From positions 5,886 to 69,885 of the forward strand of contig WRHO01000005.1 of assembly GCA_009783205.1 (NCBI GenBank): 64,000 nt of DNA. The letters are read 5' to 3'. This DNA is from Oscillospiraceae bacterium. Its GTDB lineage: Bacteria > Bacillota > Clostridia > Oscillospirales > Ruminococcaceae. The position numbers and the translations under genes are program-made. Under the pieces are notes generated by a model. The model was not told where the DNA came from, searched no databases, and was given only the letters and a program-made list of their open reading frames with translations. Below are positions 9,201-17,285 of this stretch, in pieces (positions within the stretch are counted from its first letter, which is position 1; every line of letters starts with the position of its first letter).

Positions 9201-10860
9201 TGTTGCCGCGAAGTGCGTTGGCGATTTGCCATACGGAATCCCACCCTAAGGGCCAACCGTCCTGTCCCCCCGTGCCTACACCCGGGGTCGCAATAAAATC
9301 ATTTGCGTCCGTGCGGTAGGATTGTGTACCCGTGCCGAGGAAAAGCCATTCTGCCGCCGCCGCGCCGTAATCCTTCCACAAACCGTTTTGCCCGCCTTTT
9401 GAACCGTTACGGGGATAAAACCAACCGTCATATGCGTCGGCGCGGGCGAATTTAGGCCAATCAATTGCCGCTTTATAAAGTGCCTCCGCACATTTTAAGT
9501 CCTCCTCATCTCCAAAAAGATAATAGGTACTCGCAAGCGCGCCCGCCGCCCCCATAAGTATATTTGTCCCGGGATTTGCGGGGGTTATAAAATACGCGGT
9601 TCTTGTCGGGGTCGCGCCGTTGTTGTTTTTGTTCTCGGGCTGTCCCCAATAGTTATGGTCGCGACCGTCGCCCATTTGGAACATATACGCTTCAAGACTT
9701 CCGTCCGTTTTAAAAATTGTACATTTTCGTAAATACTCGGCAAATCGCTTAAGTATAATTTCTATATGCTCTTCCTGTCCCGTTTTTACAAATGCGTCCT
9801 CAAACTCTTTATACGCGAGAGCCATTGTCATGGTTGCATATGCAGATGTAACGCTAAACTTTATGTGGTCGCCGGCATCGTGGAAGCCGCCCGAAAAATC
9901 TTTTACACCATACGGGGTCGATACGGACGCGTCGCAGGTGTGACAGGCTCCGCGCCAATTGACGCCGCTTTCGTCCCCTACGTCCGCGCCGCACATATTC
10001 GCGTCGTAAAAGTATAAAAGGTATTGTAGAAGCCTTGCATAGTTAACCCCCGTTTCGGCGTTGTTGTCGGGGGTGGCGGTAACGGACGCCGCCGTTCCTT
10101 CTCCCGCACTGTTCAAAGCGCGAACGCGAAAGCTATAGCTCGTTCCGTTTGTCAAACCGGTGAATGTATGAGCGGTGCTTGTCGAAGCGGTAACCCACGT
10201 TGTTCCGCCGTCACGCGAAACCTGATACCCGGTAATTGCCGCGCCGCCGTTGCTCGAAGGCGCACTCCACGAAAGCGAAACCTGTCCGTTGCCCGGTGTA
10301 GCCGCAAAGCTTTGCGGCGCGCCGGGCGGCGTCGGCGTTGACGCAGATAAAAGCAGATATGCGCGGGTAATACGCATATCTATTGTGTCCGTGGTCGAAC
10401 CCCATTGTCCGTCGGCATCGAGAGACCACGAAAAAAATTCTATTTGAAGCCCGCCGTCGTCCTCCATCGCTTGAGCATAAGCGGGGTGTGCATCGAGCGG
10501 CAAAGAAAATGTATTCGCGCCCAAAGCCTCGGGCGATGCTTCGGAATAATCAAAATCGTCCCACTCGTTGTCGTTAAAGTCACCCAAAAGTGCTATACCG
10601 TACCCCCAATTTGTGGGGATTAACGGGAGACTCGATTCAATATATATACGTCCGTCCGATTGCAGAATAATCTCTCTCGTTAAGCCGGGAACATCGGTGT
10701 CGTTAAAAACGGGGAGAGACCACGCCACACTTGCTTCAACCGCCCAAGGCGGAATAACCGGAAGCTCGAAAACCTCATCTGCACCCGAGCCGAATTGTAT
10801 TGTGGGGATAACCCCGATAAGCATTGCTATCGTCAAAATAACCGATATCGTCTTTTTCAT
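6259..10860 (-). CDS. secreted multidomain glycoside hydrolase with two GH9 catalytic modules, Fn3 module and lamin-tail-like C-terminus
   Basis: Signal peptide, then Fn3 (GYQVSRDGGTTW...YSFRVRALNSAGEG). GH9 module 1: GGFHDAGDHIKF and YYDLAGDYIGNEVGITYNAPF. An Ig-like CelD_N-type segment (IDQFGYRPDSTKTAVI) precedes GH9 module 2 (GGWYDAGDYNKYT). Confidence 0.85.
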   Translation of the reverse strand: MKKTISVILTIAMLIGVIPTIQFGSGADEVFELPVIPPWAVEASVAWSLPVFNDTDVPGLTREIILQSDGRIYIESSLPLIPTNWGYGIALLGDFNDNEWDDFDYSEASPEALGANTFSLPLDAHPAYAQAMEDDGGLQIEFFSWSLDADGQWGSTTDTIDMRITRAYLLLSASTPTPPGAPQSFAATPGNGQVSLSWSAPSSNGGAAITGYQVSRDGGTTWVTASTSTAHTFTGLTNGTSYSFRVRALNSAGEGTAASVTATPDNNAETGVNYARLLQYLLYFYDANMCGADVGDESGVNWRGACHTCDASVSTPYGVKDFSGGFHDAGDHIKFSVTSAYATMTMALAYKEFEDAFVKTGQEEHIEIILKRFAEYLRKCTIFKTDGSLEAYMFQMGDGRDHNYWGQPENKNNNGATPTRTAYFITPANPGTNILMGAAGALASTYYLFGDEEDLKCAEALYKAAIDWPKFARADAYDGWFYPRNGSKGGQNGLWKDYGAAAAEWLFLGTGTQSYRTDANDFIATPGVGTGGQDGWPLGWDSVWQIANALRGNTSSPTPSSTTGIQRIRTDINGYASSTPVTNFRFIGAWGSSVLNAGVQFMGLIHNKYTGETTYKNWAKGQTDYIMGVGPTGAGNNGQTFCLVTGYAPNSSKQPHFSGLYNGGSAPSFGGPSDGSAPDLLGNSASRTADRTLVGALVGGPIRSDGLYYDLAGDYIGNEVGITYNAPFIGAVAGLYSAFGDGDTMKPVTSIDGIKQTHIYPKNVGGDTEELTDFIVIDQFGYRPDSTKTAVIRNPKKGADASKSFAPGTSYQVVSEETKTVVYTGAPVHKFAEDADSGDEIWWFDFSSVNTPGRYYILDVQKEVRSFSFNIAEDVYNEVLKHAVRMFYYQRVGIAKTAQHAGAAWADSASHMGAGQDTQARYFFDQNNAGLERDVSGGWYDAGDYNKYTAWTAAYVETMLECYRENPDVFGDNYNIPESNNGIPDIVDEAKWGLDHLLKLQNDGNFALSDAQRPPNYPNSAALSNFNGSMLSVMTLSNINAAGIANPSLSQIAKHASPPSTAAGRTYYGPPNTTATYAGARAFALGAVIFEEFDPAYADKLKTAADKAFTWAENNKNVMFQNNNSSYNSNGLAAGGQEIMDDSVGSRSENRMKAALYMYEMTGDRNKYLTIFETDYQNLPLYNWWGMDHYRTSQNLMYFQYMKQPDANSTLVGQLKNGWPGRNGLIAHFNAPDGNYKATLGKDGYRAHLEDYPWGSNRAKAEMGLMYYFWEEYEIDSGKYKSDAEDYLHYIHGVNPLNTVYLTNMNNYGASKSLNSIYHDWYSPETKWSVVDGTNPGPAPGYLPGGPNGDYTVDGGYNAHRQWMTAADLAVGDYVRDTLSGFPPAKKYMDINHGWPINTWEITEPSLGYQLPYIRLISKFATPVGSSQCSEHELHICSVEITQAPYSIVLHNPTEDSVSCKGLYISQYLSADKTEAFEWQIPVRIIRAKEKIFIKFATHDLGLGRMQIYFDFKLDMDILLSDAAGNILSEWGT

Positions 10861-10942
10861 AAAATCACCTTCCGTTTTATTTTTGATATAATATATAATT
10901 TTATCATAAGTTATATATTATATCAAGGGATTTTATAAAATT

Positions 10943-10976
10943 TCACAAAAAAGCGGGAGAGTATTATTCCCCCGCT
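10943..10976 (-). terminator. rho-independent terminator of the NPRTG-protein gene
   Basis: Minus strand reads AGCGGGGGA-loop-TCTCCCGCT followed by TTTTTTG. Confidence 0.6.
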
Positions 10977-11015
10977 CTTGTTTAACACATCGTCAAGCTC
11001 CGCTCTTGTTTAGCA

Positions 11016-11471
11016 TTACTTCCTTTTACGTGTGGTTGTTGCGGCGATTGCTAATGAACCGAGCGCGAGCGCGCCGAAGGTCACTATTTCAAAAGACCCC
11101 GTTCGCGGGTTGTTATCCGCCGCGCGAGCGGTTGTCGCCGCGTTTGTTATCGCCGTTGTAGCCTCCGTTGTCGCTTCTGAGGTTAATTCGCTCGTTCCCT
11201 CTTCAGATGTCTCGTTATTAGCCACATTAGTTATCTCGTTCGTTGCTTCGTGCGTTACTTCTTTTGTTATTTCTTCCGAAACCTCCGAGCTTTCAACAAG
11301 TCCGCCTACCGCATCCTCCGCGCCGCTCACTATATCGTCGGCGGCTTCACCTATGCCGCCCGCTAAGTCGCCGACTGCGTCGCCTATTGCCTCGCCCGCC
11401 GCCGAAGCGGTCATGCCAAATATAGTTAAAGCCGCAAAAGCTCCTATTAAACCGGAAATAAACTTATTCAT
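11016..11471 (-). CDS. small secreted acidic Thr/Glu-rich protein with NPRTG cell-wall sorting signal
   Basis: Start moved to the ATG at 11471 (GGGAGA RBS 9 nt upstream). Signal peptide present. C-terminal NPRTG, then a hydrophobic stretch and RKRK. Confidence 0.7.
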   Translation of the reverse strand: MNKFISGLIGAFAALTIFGMTASAAGEAIGDAVGDLAGGIGEAADDIVSGAEDAVGGLVESSEVSEEITKEVTHEATNEITNVANNETSEEGTSELTSEATTEATTAITNAATTARAADNNPRTGSFEIVTFGALALGSLAIAATTTRKRK

Positions 11472-11652
11472 TTCAGTTATTCTCCCTTTATTAACATACA
11501 TCATATGATAAAACGAATTATTCGCTCTATCAATCGGCAGCCTCCGAAAATTAAAATCAAAAATATATTCCGTCGCTTGCCATTCCTTATTATCTCAAAA
11601 TACGGGCTTATTATGCTTTGTAATTTAAGGGAACTAAGAATTTTTAAGGCAA

Positions 11653-12867
11653 CTAAATAACCGTTAAAACAACATTATAAGTGAATTTAGCATTTTTTAG
11701 AATTTGTTTCCAATCGTCCTCGGTCTTGAGCCAGGCGGGGTAGTCATAATGCTTAAGAGCGTCCTCGAGATTAAAAACGTCACAGCCTAAACCGACCGCA
11801 AAATCAACCGTATCGCGCATTTTTGCTTTAATCGCGTTTTGCGCGGGTAGTACAAAGTCATCTGTATAATTGTCGATAACTGCGCGGCTTATTTTGCTGT
11901 TGCTGTCACCTTGTACCGTTGCGGAAAAGCGTATGTCGAAGGTCAAGTTTTCCCCGTCAAAAATTGGTTTTATTTTTACCTTCTTTTTAAATGTTCTAAT
12001 CGACCGAATTTCCGAACCCGATTCAAAATCTATGCTTAAGGTTTTACAGGTGTTTGCAATCATCGCCAATCCCGCGCAACGCGATTCGCTCATAAACGCT
12101 TTGATTTTTCCGTCGTTAATTAATACGCCCCCCTCGGGAATGACCTTCGGGTGTTCTGTATCGCCGCCTATACCGGTAGAGTTTTTGTTCGAATCGTCGC
12201 CCGTTTCGCCGTTGTCTTCGTTTTCGGAATTGTCTTTTGTTTCTTCTTCGCCGGAATCGCCGCCCTTTGCTTCTTCGACCCTAATCATCGGAACAAAAAA
12301 CGAGTTGCTTTTATTATATGCGTTTATTTGTGATTCATATATGATATACGCGGGATATATTCCCGTTTCTTTTGCGTTCTTTAATACAAGGAAAAGCTTA
12401 TTTTTATCGGAATACTCGTCCTTATATGTTAAGGAAAGTATGTCCTCCGCTTTTTCATATGCCCCCGCTACATACGCGGTGGAATGATGGTCGCAATAGG
12501 TGAGATAATCCTCGAGCACCTCGATTGGATTATTGTTAAGAACGCTTTTCCCGAGGAACACAACCTGCGTATGAGAGAAGAACAATTCTTTTCCGACGCT
12601 TTTTTGCGCCTCTCTTACTGCGGAATACAAATTGACGCCTTTTCCCGTTATTGTTTTAAGGTCGTTTTCGACCTCCATAGCGTTTGAGGATTTTCCCATA
12701 GAGAATTGAATCGAAACGGTGTAAAGCCCGTCCTCAAAATCAATCCCGACCAATTGTACCATTATTCTTTGTTCCATACGAGAAAACGGAGAATACGAGC
12801 CGCATCCTGTAAAAAAAGTAAGACTAATCAATATTACTAATAAAAGCCTTTTCATATTTATGACCAT
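11653..12867 (-). CDS. gerAC: spore germination receptor subunit C, Ger(x)C-family lipoprotein
   Basis: Lipobox LTFFTGCGS. Third gene of a gerA-type operon. The start could instead be the ATG at 12855. Confidence 0.8.
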   Translation of the reverse strand: MVINMKRLLLVILISLTFFTGCGSYSPFSRMEQRIMVQLVGIDFEDGLYTVSIQFSMGKSSNAMEVENDLKTITGKGVNLYSAVREAQKSVGKELFFSHTQVVFLGKSVLNNNPIEVLEDYLTYCDHHSTAYVAGAYEKAEDILSLTYKDEYSDKNKLFLVLKNAKETGIYPAYIIYESQINAYNKSNSFFVPMIRVEEAKGGDSGEEETKDNSENEDNGETGDDSNKNSTGIGGDTEHPKVIPEGGVLINDGKIKAFMSESRCAGLAMIANTCKTLSIDFESGSEIRSIRTFKKKVKIKPIFDGENLTFDIRFSATVQGDSNSKISRAVIDNYTDDFVLPAQNAIKAKMRDTVDFAVGLGCDVFNLEDALKHYDYPAWLKTEDDWKQILKNAKFTYNVVLTVI

Positions 12868-14009
12868 TCCTTTTTGCTTTTTATTAATGCGGTTAAGGGT
12901 AGGATTAATGCGGTTATTATAAGCGTTACCGCAAAGAAAATGTTTAATATTCCGCTCCCGTCATCTGTCCACGCAAGATATTGTTCGGTATTACTCACAA
13001 CAAAATATGATAAAACGGCGACGCCGATTAATAAAACCGTTGCCGTTATTTTTGCCTTACGATGAGGCTTAACGGGTTGAGGCGATTGTGCGTTTTTCGG
13101 CGAGTACAATGTCGATATAACGACCCTTATACATATAAAAGTTAATACAATCTTTAAAATCCCGCCTATAATCCCCGCGTTTACAAATACCCCGTCCATG
13201 CGCTCGATAAGAGTGAGCGACGAAAACGCAGCGGTCGCGTGAAGCGGGTAGGGTATACTCTCGGCAAAACGACAGAATACCGCGTGATAAAGCAAAGTCA
13301 ACCACACCCCCGTTACGAGGGTTACGGGTAAATAATACAGAATACTCTTAAACCCCTGTCCTTGTGTTTTTTGTGTTTCGTTTGAGCTTTTAGGGCGAAT
13401 AAACCCGCATAAGGTTGCGAAAAAAAACAACTCGTCGTTTCGTATTGCGTCGGTTAAGCTTCGCGATATTATATTTTCGCCGTAAAAGGGAGAATGAATA
13501 CGTATTATTTCCACCCTGTCCCAAGCTAAAGCAGAAACGGTTACTATTACAAAAATATACAAAAGCAACGAAAGAGGAGCAATTCTCGCCGACGCTTGAA
13601 TCCCTTTTGCGGAGCCGTAAAGCGCGACCGCAAATATGGATACAATAAATATAATTGCCGATAAATACCCCATAATCGTTTCTTTTATAAAGATGTGCAT
13701 TTGTAACGCGGTTAATACCGCCGTATAAATGAGTCGGATTAGGATTATTAAACCGAAGAACCATTTAAAAAATCTGTTGTTTATTTCTAAAACGCCGCGG
13801 TTATTTTTTGCCGTGAATACTATAAACGGCGTATACATTAAAATGATTATTAACGCCGAGACGCCTAATATCACAAGGCGTTCTATCGAATACCCGACCG
13901 TAAAAGGAACGGGCATTGTGAGCGAGAAAATTACGCTCACCGCCAAAAGCGACGCAAGCTGTAAATGGCTTATTTTAACCGTTGAGCTTGATTGTGTTTT
14001 AGTTTGCAT
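12858..14009 (-). CDS. gerAB: spore germination receptor subunit B (APC-type permease)
   Basis: Polytopic membrane protein of about 10 TM that overlaps both neighbours. Its position and size fit GerAB. Confidence 0.8.
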   Translation of the reverse strand: MQTKTQSSSTVKISHLQLASLLAVSVIFSLTMPVPFTVGYSIERLVILGVSALIIILMYTPFIVFTAKNNRGVLEINNRFFKWFFGLIILIRLIYTAVLTALQMHIFIKETIMGYLSAIIFIVSIFAVALYGSAKGIQASARIAPLSLLLYIFVIVTVSALAWDRVEIIRIHSPFYGENIISRSLTDAIRNDELFFFATLCGFIRPKSSNETQKTQGQGFKSILYYLPVTLVTGVWLTLLYHAVFCRFAESIPYPLHATAAFSSLTLIERMDGVFVNAGIIGGILKIVLTFICIRVVISTLYSPKNAQSPQPVKPHRKAKITATVLLIGVAVLSYFVVSNTEQYLAWTDDGSGILNIFFAVTLIITALILPLTALIKSKKEWS

Positions 14010-15477
14010 TATCGGATACCCCTGTCATTTGATTTACAGTGAAGTCGTTTTCCGCTAATTTGCGCCAGCTTCGCCGCATGAAATAATCGTACATTCCGCT
14101 TAACGTAAACGGTGTAAGCGGAGCCATATACGGAACGCCGTAGGATGACATGGCGCATATTTTAAACAAGACCGTCGCGCTCAATACGGTTATGCCGTAT
14201 ATCCCCATTAGTCCCCCCGCCAAAATAAACGCGAATCTTAAAATTGTTATTGTCGGCGACAAATCGGGTACGACAAATCCCGCTATCGCGCTTAAAGCTA
14301 CTATTAATATAATGGGGGCGGAAATTAATCCTACGTTTACCGCTATATCACCCAACACCAAGCCGCCGATTATACTTACGGCGTGCCCGACCACGGAGGG
14401 GAGCCTAAGCCCCGCTTCTCGCAATATCTCATAAATCAAAATTACCATTATACATTCGCTCAGAATAGAAAACGGCGTTTTTTGTTCCGCGCCTATTATA
14501 TTAAAGAGTATTGTCGGCGGGAATATTTCCGGGTTAAATGTTGTAACGGCGATAAAGAAGCCCGGAAGAAGTATCGAGATAGAAAACGCGATGTATTTGA
14601 GAATCCTCGTAAAGGTCGTGAAAGAGGACATTCCCGAATAATCGTCCATTGTTTGAAAATGTTCAACAAAGAGCAACGGTAAAAACATTGCGTACGGGGT
14701 TCCGTCAACAATAACCCCCACCCTTCCGCCGTAGAGCTTTGCCGCAAAGTTATCCGGTCGGTCGGTAACCCCAACCTGTGTGAAGACCGAATTATTGCTT
14801 TCTTGTAAAAACGGTTCAATATAACCGCTCTCCAATATCATCTCAATCGGAATATTATCTATTTTACTTTCGATTTGTTTTACAGTTTCGGGGTTGACCT
14901 TATCGCTTATATAACATATAGAAACTGCGGTTTGGCTTCTTTCTCCGGCGGTGGTGTTTTTTATAACGAGCGTCGGCGATTTTATTCTGCGCCTTACTAA
15001 AGAAACATTTGTTTTTATATTCTCGGTAAATCCTTCATTTGAGGCGCGAATATTACTGTGCGTCGCCGGTCTGTCCACCGAGCGGGTGCTAAACCCCTGA
15101 ACCGCAATTGCTATTCCGTAATCAACGCCGTCGGCTAATATGACGGCAAACCCGGACATAAATGAGTCCGATAAATCCCCATATGTTTTAACGCTGTTTT
15201 GGTCTACGGAAATAAGAATATGCGAGCCTAACTTTTCCATTAATTCGTCCGGCGTATATTCCGAATGTTCTATCATTCTCAGAGGGCTGTACACTAAATC
15301 GGCAATTGTTTGTGTATTCACCATGCCTTCACAGGTGATTACGCAAATATCACACCCCGCAACCGAAGCATACTTAATTGTTAAGTCGCTTGTGTACTCG
15401 AGTATAGAGCGTATATTAACGGTATTTGTCGTTAAATCCTTTGACAACCCTTGTTTTAATTCTACAATTTCTTTCAT
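13999..15477 (-). CDS. gerAA: spore germination receptor subunit A
   Basis: 492 aa with a soluble N-terminal domain plus C-terminal TM bundle. GerA-family pattern (...SLVRRRIKSP.L...). Confidence 0.85.
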   Translation of the reverse strand: MKEIVELKQGLSKDLTTNTVNIRSILEYTSDLTIKYASVAGCDICVITCEGMVNTQTIADLVYSPLRMIEHSEYTPDELMEKLGSHILISVDQNSVKTYGDLSDSFMSGFAVILADGVDYGIAIAVQGFSTRSVDRPATHSNIRASNEGFTENIKTNVSLVRRRIKSPTLVIKNTTAGERSQTAVSICYISDKVNPETVKQIESKIDNIPIEMILESGYIEPFLQESNNSVFTQVGVTDRPDNFAAKLYGGRVGVIVDGTPYAMFLPLLFVEHFQTMDDYSGMSSFTTFTRILKYIAFSISILLPGFFIAVTTFNPEIFPPTILFNIIGAEQKTPFSILSECIMVILIYEILREAGLRLPSVVGHAVSIIGGLVLGDIAVNVGLISAPIILIVALSAIAGFVVPDLSPTITILRFAFILAGGLMGIYGITVLSATVLFKICAMSSYGVPYMAPLTPFTLSGMYDYFMRRSWRKLAENDFTVNQMTGVSDNAN

Positions 15478-15549
15478 AATGGTATTATATTTCCCAAAAC
15501 CGGCTAAAATAATACAAATAATTATTTGCTTGAAACATGAGGGTTTTAT

Positions 15550-16197
15550 ATGTTCAGTTTAATGGTTCGGACTTTAGTTTTATATGTATTTGTAATTTTG
15601 GCGGTAAGGCTCATGGGTAAAAAACAATTGAGCGAGCTTCAGCCGTCGGAGCTCGTAACAACTATTATCATTTCTAATATTGTTACTATATCTCTCGAAG
15701 AGTCTAATATACCGCTTTTAGCGGGGATTTTACCAATAATTTTTATAGTGAGTATTGACGTTCTTATAACCGGTGTAAATTTAAAAAGCAATATTATGCG
15801 TAAGGTTACTACGGGAACGCCCAATGTTATTATATCAAACGGCACAATCGACCAATCGGCAATGCGGGGTTTAAGGTATACAATTGATGATATTATGGAA
15901 TCAATGCGCGAGGCGTCAATATTTGATATTACCGACGTTCAGTTTGCCATTGTTGAAAACACCGGGAAAATAAGCTTTTTTGAAAAGCCGCCGGAAGACC
16001 CGAACACCCCCCCTTGTGACCCACAGGCGGTAATTATTAAAGATGGAAAGCTCGATAAAGACGGGCTAAAAATGAGCGGGCAAAACGAGAATTGGTTGAC
16101 TATGATTCTTAACGAAAAAAAAGCCGCCGTAAAAGACGTCTTTTTGTTTACCGCCGATAAAAACGGAACTTATAATTATGTAGAGAAACAGCATTGA
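15550..16197 (+). CDS. DUF421 (YetF-like) membrane protein
   Basis: N-terminal LVLYVFVILAVRLMGKKQLSELQPSELV is typical of the DUF421/YetF N-terminus. GAGGG RBS upstream. Confidence 0.75.
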   Translation: MFSLMVRTLVLYVFVILAVRLMGKKQLSELQPSELVTTIIISNIVTISLEESNIPLLAGILPIIFIVSIDVLITGVNLKSNIMRKVTTGTPNVIISNGTIDQSAMRGLRYTIDDIMESMREASIFDITDVQFAIVENTGKISFFEKPPEDPNTPPCDPQAVIIKDGKLDKDGLKMSGQNENWLTMILNEKKAAVKDVFLFTADKNGTYNYVEKQH

Positions 16198-17210
16198 GCA
16201 AATTTTTCTTGACAGTTTTTTTCGGCGGTCTTATAACCGTTATGTAAAATTCTTTTAAAATCATGTTCGTTCGGTGTACTCAAGGTAGTGGGGTAATGTC
16301 GCACCTCGTCCCCGATTTGCAGATATAATCCTTTTCCGCGACGGGTTACGGACGAGTGAAATTCGCGCCGCCTGAGTTCCAAAACCTGATTACTTGAAAT
16401 ATCGAGAAGGCGTTTCATATTGGAAAGCGACGCGGTTCCCTTCCGCTTTTGAAAGGACATTGACGCCGACGCGTCCGAAACAATTAAAAAATCTATTTCG
16501 CGGTCAAGACAACACCCGATTTTATAAAGTGCTTCTAACCCCAAATTGTCATAAACGCCGCCGTCCCAAAGGGTGTATTTGGGATTTACCGATATTTCTT
16601 CGCCAATACCGTTTTTATCATGCGTCCAAACGGTATTTTTTGTTTTTAAAGTGTACGGGCCGATAAGCACGGGGAATCCCGCAGAAGCGGCAATCATTTG
16701 AGAAATCGGGAGGTTTGGCGATTGGGTATACCCCACCTTGCGGTCGCCCATATAATCCCGCCTTATTCGAAAATTCCCCCCCGTTTCAAAGGTTGTACAA
16801 TTTATCTCCCAATAGGGACAGCTCGGATACCTCGGCAAATCCTGCAGCGTGCCTTTTATCCCCCACTTTTTTTCGAGAACATCTGCGATAATTTCGACCT
16901 TATTGTTCCAGTAGCGGGGATAAAACGGCAACCGCAATAATGCCGATTTTTGTATATCGTGTTGTAAGAATAACTCACAGACAGCGGGCAAAACTTCATT
17001 AACGAAAGCTTTACCCGTTGTCCATTTGTTATTGTTTACCGCGAATAACGCCCCTATGCAAAGACTCGCCCCCGATACCGAGGAAATGCTTGTGATTTGT
17101 TCAAAAAGCCCCGCTTCGCCCAGATACTTCAAAACGCCGAGGTGGTATATTGCGGCTCTCATTCCGCCCCCCGACAACGCTAACCCGATTCGTTGATTTG
17201 TTGTGTTCAT
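16176..17210 (-). CDS. patatin-like phospholipase
   Basis: LALSGGGMRA (oxyanion GGGxR), a SVSGAS nucleophile-elbow-like motif, and WDGGVYDNLG (catalytic Asp DGG). Confidence 0.75.
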   Translation of the reverse strand: MNTTNQRIGLALSGGGMRAAIYHLGVLKYLGEAGLFEQITSISSVSGASLCIGALFAVNNNKWTTGKAFVNEVLPAVCELFLQHDIQKSALLRLPFYPRYWNNKVEIIADVLEKKWGIKGTLQDLPRYPSCPYWEINCTTFETGGNFRIRRDYMGDRKVGYTQSPNLPISQMIAASAGFPVLIGPYTLKTKNTVWTHDKNGIGEEISVNPKYTLWDGGVYDNLGLEALYKIGCCLDREIDFLIVSDASASMSFQKRKGTASLSNMKRLLDISSNQVLELRRREFHSSVTRRGKGLYLQIGDEVRHYPTTLSTPNEHDFKRILHNGYKTAEKNCQEKFAQCCFST

Positions 17211-17285
17211 TGTATAGGATATGTTTGCGGGGTATGATTGGTGATTGTTTATGATAAAAATTTCTTCTTGACATTGGAATAGCCC

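Noticed and set aside
11032-11508. 158-aa plus-strand ORF antisense to the NPRTG surface-protein gene
   Set aside because: It mirrors a low-complexity Ala/Thr/Glu-rich gene. It has no RBS. The minus-strand frame has a signal peptide, a sorting signal, an RBS and a terminator. It is a compositional artefact.
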